Assembly: GCF_964194025.1 (NCBI RefSeq)
Contig: NC_134479.1
Location: 8,742,001-8,806,000, forward strand
Length of the DNA stretch: 64,000 bases
Direction of reading: 5' to 3'
Source: Convolutriloba macropyga
Taxonomy: Eukaryota
The position numbers were made by a program, and so were the translations under genes. This document shows, one piece after another, positions 25,674-36,480 of the stretch (within the stretch, counting starts at the first letter, position 1; each line of letters begins with the position of its first letter). The notes below the pieces were generated by a model. It was not told the origin of the DNA. It did no database searches and saw only the letters and a program-made list of their open reading frames with translations.

Positions 25674-28452
25674 GGCGAACTTTACCCGGTTTGTTGGGGT
25701 TTAGTACTGGATGGTGTGGCAAATACCATTCCTTTCCGAAAGTGCCTTTGACTTCCGATTTGCCAAGGATCTTCACAAATCCTTTTTCAACATCTGTTTC
25801 AATTGACTGTTGATACAATTCTTTTAAGTTTGGGTCTCGTTGGAATCTTCGTTCCAGTGAGTAGAGTTGACCAAGGGCCGAGCCGTAGTTGTTTGGGAGA
25901 TTGGGTTCTGGTTCACTCCAGAGCATGCCCACTTCGTACCGCTCGCCTGTAAACTTTGTCGTGCTCTCTAGAAATTTCTGAGCTTGCTGCTCTTTCTTTG
26001 ATTGACTTACAACATTTATTTTGGAAGCATAGGTTTCTATGTCCCACCATGATTGTATATTTTCTGCCACTTTCACATCTTCTGTGAAGGCAAAATGACA
26101 AACATTTTGACTTTTCTTGCCTGTCATGGGACCACTGACTACCCATCCTAATTCTGTTGAGACGGCGAAAGGCTCACTTCGTGTTCCAATCTTATAGTCC
26201 AATGGACGTTGAATTTCGTAGGCATCTTGTCCAAGTATGATACCTACTTCCATCAGGTTGAATGTTCTGTTAGTGAGAACATTCAGATGTCTGAATTTGT
26301 TCTTCAGTTCCTTGTAATCATATGTTGTGTTTCCCAACGAGATTGATGGGTGTGCAAACGCTTCAATCGAATGCACTTTTGAATGTAGTCCCTTTATTGT
26401 GATAGGAACCTTCTCTGTCCTCAAATCTTGCGTCCCATGTATGCCAGCTATGTTCAAGGTAACGTCCATGCCTTTGGCTTGTAGTTGATCCTTGACACTT
26501 TGATCGATGAATGATACTGTTGACCCACTATCGAGGAAAGCGTAGGTAGTCAACCTGTTACTACCACTCTGAACCGATACAGGAACTATTTGAAGAAAAC
26601 TAGTAACTTGGTTACTCTGGTTGATTGTCGCTGCGCTAACATTAACTGCGTGACTACCCTCGTCCATTTGGTTTTCTGAGTGTAGCAGTCTGTTGTGCTT
26701 TTTGGTACATCCATTTATACCGCACGGGCGGACTTTACAATCTTTGATTGCATGCCCTTTCCCCAGACATCCATAGCATAAGCGTTCTTTTCTCACTGCT
26801 GCATAGCGATCGGTGACATTCATATTCTTAAATGTTGGACAGTTCCATATTTTATGAGTGCCATCCGCTAGTGGGCAGTTGTTGTTTTGCATTTGCTTCG
26901 TTTCGCTCGCATTCGAACTCGCAGTAACGTTTGACGATTTTGAGAATCGTTTTTCCTTGTTAGCGTTTGGTCGATCATCTTCCTTCCGTTCGCTCTTGGT
27001 TGATGGCATTCCTTCATGGACAAAAGCCATTCGAGCTAACCATTTTTCAAGGAGAGTGAGATCGGGCCTATCTTCTTGACACTCGTCAACGAAAAAGAAC
27101 CACTTTTCTTTCAAATTTGGGGGCAGTTTTTCAATTGCCACTTGCAGTGTTGAACTTGATTGCAGATCGCCTTCATAGTTGTATTGCTTCAGTACATTAA
27201 CTAGGTTGCTGATTGTTATTGAGTAATTAATTATAGCCGTTGAGTCGTGCATTCGAATTGGTTGTTGTTTGCGCAATATGTTAAGCTGAGCGTCGACAAT
27301 TAGGTAAGGTCGCCCAAACTTCCGTCCCAGGAGTTCCCACGCTTGAGCGTAGAATTCTCCCGAATAGCCCATTCCTGATATAGCTGACTTTGCTTTACCT
27401 GTCAACAAAGTTTTCAAGTGGCTCATTTTCTCTGAGTCGGGTATATCGCGATGGTGAACCGTTGCTTTGAACATGTTCGACCACTCCGGCCACTCTAGGG
27501 GATTTCCATCGAATGAACTCAACTTCAACTTAGGTAGCTGACTGCTACTGCTTGGTTTATTGCGCTTAAACTTGTCTTGTTCCCGGGCTGCGCTGGCACG
27601 CTCTCCACTTGGTGACCGTGACTTAAGTACACCTTCGCGATTGAAGCTTACCCTGGGATAATTGTTGTCGATCCTGGTTTTCGCACGCTCGAAACTATAA
27701 TCGTGCAAGTTGGAGAATTTATTCGAGTTATCGAGCCAACCGGAAACATCTTTATTCTTCGGGTTTTTCCAGTTGAATGGTGATCTACTTCGCATACTAG
27801 GGGCTGCACTATCATCAGAATCTGATGCTCTTGCGTCAAGAGCTTCTTTCTCGTATTCCAGTTTCAGTGCACCTTCTTCTTCAAAAAGTTGCATCTCCAT
27901 TTCAAGCTCCTTCCTTTTCAATTCGAATTCAATTTTCTTCAACCTCATTTTTGATGCAAAGTCTTTCTCTAGAGTCGCAAGCTTTTCTGCTTTTTTAGCT
28001 CGTTTATCAGAGGAGGCCTTTGAATCATTGTCCCTGTTTGGGTTTCCATGTTCAGCAGTTTGTTGAGAAACTCCCACAACAGACTGTGAAGACTTAGCGG
28101 CAGTTGGTTCTGCATCGCTTGTCAATTGTGCGGTTTGATTCTGTTGATCCGTCATGTTTGTTTCTCCGTGAATGTATGGTAACCAATCTGCGTTTAATGT
28201 TTGCAAGAAATTTAGTCGGTCGGCTTCGTAACGTTCAAACAATTCAGAATCACGAAGAAAATTTGCTCGCTTTCGGTTAAGAATGCAAAGAGAGTCGTCA
28301 AGTTTCAGCACCTGTTTATAGATGGTCTTGAGTTTGCTTGATCTATCGTTGTTTCTGATTAGTTCCTGGCCTTCCTGAATTTTTGCTTTGATTTGTTTTT
28401 CGGAGTTGCTAATCTGTCTAAGCAAAATGTCCTGACTCTGTGGCGGAGTCAC
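25627..28452 (-). CDS. gag: BEL/Pao gag-protease and start of RT (separated from pol by a 1-nt frameshift)
   Basis: LPKLKLSSFDGNPLEWPEW (DUF1759-like); three Zn knuckles (CPLADGTH..C, CYGCLGKGH..C, CGINGC..H..LLH); aspartic protease AFLDSGS; WYLPHHPV. Confidence 0.93.
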   Translation of the reverse strand: MTPPQSQDILLRQISNSEKQIKAKIQEGQELIRNNDRSSKLKTIYKQVLKLDDSLCILNRKRANFLRDSELFERYEADRLNFLQTLNADWLPYIHGETNMTDQQNQTAQLTSDAEPTAAKSSQSVVGVSQQTAEHGNPNRDNDSKASSDKRAKKAEKLATLEKDFASKMRLKKIEFELKRKELEMEMQLFEEEGALKLEYEKEALDARASDSDDSAAPSMRSRSPFNWKNPKNKDVSGWLDNSNKFSNLHDYSFERAKTRIDNNYPRVSFNREGVLKSRSPSGERASAAREQDKFKRNKPSSSSQLPKLKLSSFDGNPLEWPEWSNMFKATVHHRDIPDSEKMSHLKTLLTGKAKSAISGMGYSGEFYAQAWELLGRKFGRPYLIVDAQLNILRKQQPIRMHDSTAIINYSITISNLVNVLKQYNYEGDLQSSSTLQVAIEKLPPNLKEKWFFFVDECQEDRPDLTLLEKWLARMAFVHEGMPSTKSERKEDDRPNANKEKRFSKSSNVTASSNASETKQMQNNNCPLADGTHKIWNCPTFKNMNVTDRYAAVRKERLCYGCLGKGHAIKDCKVRPCGINGCTKKHNRLLHSENQMDEGSHAVNVSAATINQSNQVTSFLQIVPVSVQSGSNRLTTYAFLDSGSTVSFIDQSVKDQLQAKGMDVTLNIAGIHGTQDLRTEKVPITIKGLHSKVHSIEAFAHPSISLGNTTYDYKELKNKFRHLNVLTNRTFNLMEVGIILGQDAYEIQRPLDYKIGTRSEPFAVSTELGWVVSGPMTGKKSQNVCHFAFTEDVKVAENIQSWWDIETYASKINVVSQSKKEQQAQKFLESTTKFTGERYEVGMLWSEPEPNLPNNYGSALGQLYSLERRFQRDPNLKELYQQSIETDVEKGFVKILGKSEVKGTFGKEWYLPHHPVLNPNKPGKVRRVCNAAAKIQGYMPK

Positions 28453-28651
28453 TGCGTTTGTACTTTGGGACTGCAGCTTGAATATCTACAGTACCTTTTG
28501 TTTAATTGCTTTAATTAAGCCTTGCTATTCAACTTCTAATGCACTTTGCCTAATTGGCTTTGCGTTGTTGAATTGCTCGTTGAGTTTTGTTCTCGTTCGT
28601 CGATGACTTCGTCACTTCGACTGTTGGGTTGGACAGCAGTTTATTCCACTG

Positions 28652-28668
28652 TCCGGGTCGGCGGACCA
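28652..28668 (-). promoter_or_regulatory. Primer binding site (probably tRNA-Tyr)
   Basis: Minus-strand TGGTCCGCCGACCCGGA lies 2 nt after the 5' LTR and resembles the TGGTCCTTCGAGCCGGA tRNA-Tyr PBS common in BEL/Pao elements. Confidence 0.75.
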
Positions 28669-28670
28669 AA

Positions 28671-29457
28671 TGTAACGGCTGCTCTCCTTGTGTTTCACAA
28701 AGAAAGTTTTACACCGCCCAGTTCGTTCTGAGTGGTTACAAAATCTGTCCGGATACTTCGTTTATGCAGTTCGCTTTTGTAACTGTATATCCGCTCTGCT
28801 GTACTTACCGTTGCATTAACTATTTTAGTTCGTAACTATTGGCTAATCTTAGTTTTTTCAACTATCAATTTGAACTGGATTGCTACAGATCACACAATAC
28901 GGGATCTCTTTATGTATACCAGTTCAATTCGATAGAAAAAACAAATCAAAGACAAAGATATATGTCTAAGATCTGTTTGTGCAAAAGTATTTAAATTTAA
29001 ACTTAGGTTGGCTTTTGCTGTTTGTACTCACAAGTTGAGAATACCAGAAGTTGGGGTTGTAACAGTTGAATTTCAGCTCCAATAATTCGTTGATGCAAGA
29101 CACAGTAACAGGATTTACTGCTCAAGAATAATATTTTGAATACAAGACACAGTAACAATTTACTGCTCAGGAATATTTCTAGTTCAAGACACAGTAACAC
29201 GTTATTTACTGCTCAAGACAATTTGTTTTGCAATATTTTGCTGAGTTATACTTTCAGCCGTTTTCTGCGGCTACTACGTTGAGTTCTGTGTGTTGCTTTT
29301 GTTATTTCCCCCTTTTTCTCTTTTTTCTCACGTGACAAACTGTAACTAGAACTAGAACTATAACTATAACTATTAAATGTCTAAGACAACAGAAAGTGTT
29401 TTGTTTCTATTTTCCCCGCCTATGCAAGCTTGTTATTCCTTAAGCTCAGCTCCAACA
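28671..29457 (-). repeat. 5' LTR of the BEL/Pao element
   Basis: Direct repeat of 21954-22740; contains three CAAGACACAGTAACA..TTTACTGCTCA subrepeats. Confidence 0.96.
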
Positions 29458-29767
29458 AGTGGGACTATAACGTAATCTTTTGGCGGCCAAATTAGAAGAG
29501 AATCGAAATAACTTTCTCGGCAATTTGACAATCACTTTTTGCTGAGCGTAAACTTTTTGAATGTCCAACCTATCTGCTTCTTAAAAAGGTTTTAAAACAA
29601 ATGGTAAAATTTTAGTTGATTAGTTTTGATGACATGCACAAAAACATAAATCGAAGTCTTTTCATATCAATTTTGCTAGTGTCTATATATAGCGCCCCTA
29701 CCAAATGAAACTTGATCTAGACGAACATTATCTCCACAAAATGGCTTGATTTGTAGAATATGGTGAA

Positions 29768-29815
29768 AAATGCGTAGTTGCTGAATATGTCACCATATTC
29801 AGCAACTACGCATTT
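29768..29815. repeat. Perfect 22-bp-stem hairpin
   Basis: AAATGCGTAGTTGCTGAATATG-TCAC-CATATTCAGCAACTACGCATTT. Confidence 0.9.
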
Positions 29816-30123
29816 GAGCATGTGTTAAAGCACAAAATTCGGATCTAGTTTTAAAACAAATTAAAGGAATTTCGATAAAACTTTTTCGTAACCATATTTC
29901 ATATTTTGAGCCAATTTTACATGTTTTATAAAGCTTTTTGCGGAAAGAGACGAGTTAAATGGACCGAATGGTCCATCCCAATTTCGAAGACTTCTTATAA
30001 GATTTTTGCTATTATCTTTATTGACGGGAAGTCTGAACGAAGCATATATGCAATAATTCCATAAGGACAAGAAAATAGACTTTATTTGATAGCTACTTCT
30101 TGTTTAATCTCTTCATTCTGCAG

Positions 30124-30215
30124 TACATACAAATAGACTTTATTTGATAGCTACTTCTTGTTTAATCTCGAGATTAAACAAGAAGTAGCTATCAAATAAA
30201 GTCTATTTGTATGTA
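30124..30215. repeat. Perfect 92-bp palindrome, with a direct copy of one arm at ~30074-30111
   Basis: TACATACAAATAGACTTTATTTGATAGCTACTTCTTGTTTAATCTC|GAGATTAAACAAG...GTATGTA. Confidence 0.92.
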
Positions 30216-30563
30216 ATGTATTTGTATGTATTAAATCTATTAGGTTGTAAATGTATTGTGTTTTCGTTTTCTGCTAAATTTTTGTTGTTTCACTGCTGAA
30301 TGCAAAAAAAAGTTATTTTCAGGTAACCACACTTGAACTTGCTCAGATGAAAGCTTACCTAAAATACAGTTCAGGTGTATTTCAGGTGCTTTTACACCTG
30401 AACTTCACCTGAACTACTAGTTACTTTTTTAGTGTGTGCAAAACAAAATTGTTACCCAATAATTTGCTAATTCTGATGCTAGCTTTGACTGTATTGGCTT
30501 TGCGTGTTCATGAAGGCATTATTTATCATCAGAAAATCAGGGCACTTATTTCGATCTTTTAAG

Positions 30564-30880
30564 ACATTTTGTATCGTGAACTGGACGGAAACATGATTCT
30601 AAAAAGCTACAAAGACAACTGTTACTTTGAAACGTTTGCTCCTGAAAAACAGATATGCGCTTGGTCTGGGTTCTCGGGCCGGGGCATCTGCAATGGGGAC
30701 TCCGGTGGGCCATTGTACCCTTTGGAAATTGGGGAAAGGAAACCAAAATGTCTGTACGGTATTTCAAGTTATGTAGGTTTTGGGTGCGTGGGAGGAGGTG
30801 TATTTACGCGAGTGTCAGCTTACGCTGACTGGATAAACAAAACAATGGAAGAATTGTACAATGGAATTTATGATTGGTAG
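30564..30880 (+). CDS. S1 serine protease gene 2, last exon (catalytic Ser)
   Basis: QICAW..GRGICNGDSGGPL..CLYGISSY..GVFTRVSAYADWI; AATAAA at 30916-21. The acceptor is uncertain (AG at 30562-63 or 30605-06). Confidence 0.9.
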
Positions 30881-31104
30881 AATGTCACAGTTTCTTCAGA
30901 CCAATATTAAAGCTCAATAAAACACTCTTTTTTTAAAAAAAATCGTCAGTCTGATCATATCAGCATGTCGAAGTAAAATACCATTTTTCGTGATGTACTA
31001 CTCATACTATCCAAAAAGTCTCAAATTGGAAGTTTGAATTTTTCCGAAAGATTTGAATCGTTTGTTTTTTTTTACATTTAGTCTTGTATCGACGCTATTC
31101 GTAG

Positions 31105-33170
31105 CCCGGGTTGACCAACATAGACCCTTTTGGATACCATATCCAAGACATATATGGGAGTATGGCTTCTTGGATACCATATCCAAGACAATGAAAAAAA
31201 AAGAAAGTTTACTGAAACTACGTCTTTTGGGTCATAGTACGAGGCTCTTGATGCATAATTTGATTTGGAGAAGGAATGAAAAAATTGTTCTATGGTTTCT
31301 TAGAAAACATATCTAAGACCATAGACTTCTATGGCCCATTTAAGACCATAAACGCAAAAAATTTGCACACACTTTTTGTGGTTCGAATCACTTTGTTTTC
31401 GCTGAAAGGGGCTTGGCGGAGTGGAAAACGTATCCAGGGCACCTTGCTAAAGTTAAAGATTTCTATGGTTTCTTAGATACCATATCTAGGGCCATAGACT
31501 TATATGGCCCATATAAGACCATAAACGTAAAAAATTCCGCACACTTTTTTCTCTGGTTGGAATTGATTTGTTTTCGGTGAGAATTAGTTTGGCGGAGTGT
31601 AAAATCTATCAAGGGTACTTTTCTAAAGTTTAAGATTTCTATGGAGAATTCCTGTTTGTGTTGATTGGGAGTTTATGATGCCTACGTACACATTTATCAT
31701 TCTCTCGTTTTTCAATTAAATCTGTAAAAATCTATGTACACGACTATGTGAATTTCGCCACCCAGTCTCAAACAATGAATTAGAACAGTTTTTTGTTCTT
31801 ACCCGAAAGCTCTGGCCTTTATTAAGTGGTATCGCTTTTATGTCGAGTTTTCAAATGTAAAAAAATCCTCATTTATGTCCCCAGGATGAGGTGCTCGTTC
31901 AAAAATCCTTATGAAAATACCCATCCAGACCATTTTTGCCTATGAAAGTAACCAGGCAGACCAAAAATGCCTATGGTCCACACTTTGCCTCGTTCAAATT
32001 TTCGGTGCGTCTCATGTGCTCGTTCAAAAACGCTTTTGAAAAGATCCTTACAGACCAAAATGCGATATGATAGCTCCAGTGCCAAAATGTTTTGTCAATT
32101 CAACTATAGGACTTGGAAAACAGAGGAGTCATCAACAAAGGAAGGGTTCAAGGGATGGTATGGCAAAAGTTTGAAATTGAAAGGGCCTAGTACAGAAGCG
32201 CAATGATGCCACCGTAAATATTTCACACGCCAATGATTGAGACTTCAATCCCCTCCCTCAGTGAAGATGTCTGTGTTAGGATGAACTCTTACTTTACCAT
32301 AGCTTCAGGCCGACCATAGCCTGACCAATGCTGGCTGCCAAGTGAAAGTTTCAGACTCAAAAAAGTGGCCATAGTCACCAAAAAAGAGCGATGCTGCTCA
32401 TAAAAAACAGTATGAAATGTGGGAATAATAAGAAAAAGGGCAGCTGAGATCAGGCTACGGTAGGCCTAAAGCTGTTCCTCTGCGATTACACAGGAACCAA
32501 ATTTATTATTATTATTTTTAATTGGAGTTAGGTACGTGCAAAATTCGTCGAGATTGATGTACAAAAAGTTGATGTTCAAAAGTTGTTAAATAGAGACAGG
32601 AAAAGTTTGTGATGAATTTTTCCACGTTTTTTACACTAAAAACTTGTTTCTACAATCAGTAGACCAAGTCTGTTAAATACTGAATAGAATTAGTTGGGCA
32701 AGCAAATGAAAGAAAAACTGATAAATATAATTGGGATCAGACAGATTTTTTCATGCGCACAGAAAAAATGAATCAGGATTCCTTTATTTTCTTTTAATTT
32801 CTCAGTTTTAGTGCTGTGGCGAATAACAGACAACACCCTGTGAAAATTTATTTTTTCATCTTCTAGCGCTTCATTAAAAGGCCGCTTCATTAAGTCAAGA
32901 ACCAAAATTTGCAGCTGTTTTTTAAATATTTAAGAACATATATGGTTTCTAAGAAACCAGATCAAAGACCATATATGGTTTCTTGGATACCATATCTAAG
33001 ACCATACATGATTTGTTCATAGCATATCAACGATGATTATCAAATCGACGCTTATCTAAGACCATTAATGGTTTCTTGGATACCATACCAGATCATACAC
33101 GAAATCAAAGCGCTTCGTCCATGGAACCATATATGGTCTTAGATAGGTTTCTAAGAAGAGCCAACCCGGG
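31105..33170. mobile_element. Non-autonomous CMC/EnSpm-like element with 2-bp TSD AG, containing a foreign ~1.3-kb segment
   Basis: Ends CCCGGGTTG / CAACCCGGG with AG on both flanks. TAAGACCATATATGGTTTCTTGGATACCATATC-type subterminal repeats at both ends. Confidence 0.75.
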
Positions 33171-33187
33171 AGTGGAAAACAGTTATA

Positions 33188-33814
33188 CCCAATCTGAGGC
33201 CCCAGACGAAACCAAATATGAAGTCAAAAGATAAACGCAAAATACTCTTGACATGAACGCGGGAAAGTTTGGACAGGGACGCACAAAAGTTTGCAAATGA
33301 AGGCACAAAGGTCTGGATATTAATTCAATGAAGCCTGAAAATGATTGGACGACAGCGTGATGATCAGGCGAATGTCTACCCGTACCTATCCCCTAACCCC
33401 AAATGCGTTTCAGTGCTGGGCTCGAAATAAAGTTCGGTACGGGGATCGAACCGAAGATCAATCCCTCTCCGGACGTTTGTTTTCCTTTCTGCTCCAACAG
33501 AACTGTTGGGATCCTGTTTTTTGCGCCGTTAATATAAGCTTGAGAGACGCAAATTTTAAGCCAGAAAGCGTGCAAAATATATTACATCGGAATCCTGCAT
33601 TTACAATTTTAGGTACTGAGTTACACTTGGAATTCGGTACGGGTAGTAAAACCGGCAAAGTGGGGAAATGGGGACATAAACCCAGAAAAATCTGAACATG
33701 AAGGCACGGGAGCCTAAACATGCCCAGGTTGAGGTCTCAGACGGAAGCAAGTATGTCATGAGCTTATACGGAAAGTCTGGACATACTGATTTCCTATCGG
33801 GGCCTCATCCTGGG
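33188..33814. mobile_element. Non-autonomous CCC-terminated element with 2-bp TSD TA (contains an extra related end at 33723)
   Basis: CCCAATCTGAGGCCCCAGA ... GGGGCCTCATCCTGGG flanked by TA on both sides. Confidence 0.55.
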
Positions 33815-33819
33815 TAAAG

Positions 33820-36480
33820 CTGTATACAAGCAGATACAATCAATTGTATCTGAAGATTCGACAACTCCAAAGTATCTTGAATGTTTCTTCAAAGATGGAG
33901 AGCTGGCCATCCTGGTTTGCGAGAAAAATAAATCAATGAACCCAAAAGAACAACAGGATCATGTTCAGAAGTTCAAATTATATTTCAATTGCCTGAGACC
34001 TAGTCGGCGGTCAAAGGATTGCACAAGTAGAATTTGCATTTTGCTCAACTGTGAAAGACGACACAACAAATTTTTACAAATGGACTTTTCAAAAGGAGGT
34101 TGTAGTAGGTGCCTCAGATTCTACCACAGCAGTAGCAAAAAAAATCACACCAGAAAACTGCACGTTGTGCGCATTAAACTGGTGAATAGAAACCACAACC
34201 TGAGCTTTCTGACCATGTGACATTCATCATCTATTAGAATCCAAGAAGTCAGACGATAGAGCTGCACGTTGGAAATCAAATTGGGCATAAGTGGTGCCCT
34301 ACCAGTGATGCAAGCAGCCACTCCTGCTACAACAGCCGTTTCAACAGCAGAAGACAAGATAGCAGCCGGTTGAGTAGGTTGTGGGACAGAGAACAATACG
34401 ACTCAAACTGTGATGTCAGTGGTCATTCAAAAGATGAACAAGGAGCCATCAAGAAACTGGAGGAAACAACTCGGTTCACCGGTGAAAGAGGAAGTTGACA
34501 TTTTGTGGCGAGAAGACAATGAGAAGTAAACAAATAGCTCATACTCTGCTGTGGGTATCTCATGTCCCTAGAACAACGGCTACAGAAAGATGATAAGTTA
34601 GGAAAGCGTTATCAGAAAAAACATTGACACTGAATTCAACGCTCGTTGTGTTCGCAAAGTTGACCAAAAAGAAATGAGTGAAACCACAGACAATCTTCCA
34701 TGGTATTTGCCACATTATCCTGTCATCAACCCTCACACGCTCTAAATAAGTTAGAAGATTGCGGAAAGCAGTGGCCCAGTATCACGGTGTGGCACTCAGT
34801 GACAAAGGCTTATTTGAACCAGATCTGTTGCAGAGTCTGATCTGAATTCTTTTTCGCTTTCATGATCATGGAACAGTGCAATCAGCCGACATAAAAGCAA
34901 TGTTTCTTCAAATTACTGTCCCAAGCGATAAAAGTCGATGCCTACAATTTCTCAGGCGAAAAATTCCGAGCAGTGGATGAAGCTTACGAGTACAAACAAC
35001 ACATTTTTGGAGAGATGAGGTAACGAAGAAGACCTTGTCAAAACAGTCCAGCGAAACTTATACATAGAAGGAAGCAATGGAAATTTATCGAAAAGTTCGA
35101 AAAACCCTCTGCGAATGGAAATTCAAATTGACGAAATGGATAACGAGTGACGAATAATTCAAGTCACAAATCTCAGAAAATGAGAGGTCAACAAAAATTG
35201 TGAAAGCATTCGAAGCCTAAAAAGAGTCATCCTCAATCATTTGAATAAATGGAACGTGGACACAGGTAGTATCATAGTCTGTCGTGGAGCTGACCAGGAT
35301 TTTTTGGCAAAAATAACACAGTAGTTTCTCCTATCCTTTGTCTCACAAGTGTTTGACCGGCTTAGAATATGTTCACCCTTCACCATAAGGATGCGGTTTG
35401 TACTTAAAAGAATCTGCTCAGCAGTGAGCACAACTTGGGACTGAAATTTTCAGCCGGGCACTCAAAAAATTTCAGCAATTGGTGTTCTGAGCTGAGGGGA
35501 ATAAGGATGATGTCGATGAAATGATATCATTTCGAAAACGCATGAACAAGCATTAGACACCATAATTTCACAGACGCGCCAGAAGTAGCAATGTTTCATC
35601 ATGGCTTATCTGAATTGAGGTTAAAACTCAAATATTTGGTAGAAAAAAACCGTGTAGCAATTATCACAGGCACGAAGTTTTCGAAGTTAGGACTTCAATC
35701 CGCACTTTACGGAGTTTGACTCGATAGGCAGATATTGAGAGATTACAATGTGCAAATTGAAAAATTCAATCTTTAGACAAATTCAACAACAGTGTTTCAA
35801 TGGCTTCCTTTAGCTCACAAGAAACACTGACTGTTTGTTGCCAACACAGCAGCAGAGAATCTCATTAGAATCTCACAGCAGAGCTCATTAATGGATTAAT
35901 GCAGACATGTTAAATTCATTGAAAACCCAGAGGACATTGCAGCCAGAGGAAAATCCATCATAAGTATTAAGGAGTCCGTGCTGTAATACGAGTTTGACTC
36001 CAGAAAGATAAGGAAAAGTGGCCCATATCATTGTACCAAGTGAACAAAGTCGAAGCTGAGCAAGACACCAGTATTATGGCAACGGAAATTAAACTAGGCC
36101 AACAGTTTGACTGGAGACGAAAAAGCAGCTTAAATCAGAAAGTTCATTGCCTGCTGCATGAGGTTCACGGCGAAGCAGAATGGACCTCTCAAAGTGGATG
36201 AGATCCTCCAAGCAGATCAAATATTGCTTCGACTTGTTAAAACCATAAGCTTTCCAATTGTTTCAAGATCGATAACAAACAGCACAGAAAACTCAAAAGC
36301 CTTGAAAACTGCCAAATTTTCACCCTTCACAGAAGAGGATGGGAAAATTTGAGTGAACAGTGAAGTGAAGCATTCGAACCTCACTTACGGCGCCACGCAT
36401 CCAAGGTTAAAAACAGCGCAACAGCCGGTTGTATAACTTCTGTTGGAGAGAGCAGATCCTGACAACCTACACGAAATTGC
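33820..36480 (+). pseudogene. Decayed BEL/Pao gag-pol remnant (different, older family)
   Basis: Fragments in collinear order: FNCLRPSRRSKDC..CERRHNKFL (Zn knuckles), WYLPHYPVINP, SADIKAMFLQI (RT), KFSPFTEEDGKI (pre-integrase). Many stops and frameshifts; no LTRs seen. Confidence 0.88.

Larger units (their letters stand above)
21954..29457 (-). mobile_element. Full-length BEL/Pao LTR retrotransposon, antisense in intron 2 of protease gene 2
   Basis: Two 787-bp TGT...ACA LTRs; 5-bp TSD AGTGG (21949-53, 29458-62); gag-PR-RT-RH-IN domain order; PBS and PPT present. Confidence 0.97.

Noticed and set aside
22781-28066. Short + strand ORFs antisense to gag-pol
   Set aside because: Shadow ORFs of the long coding strand with no motifs
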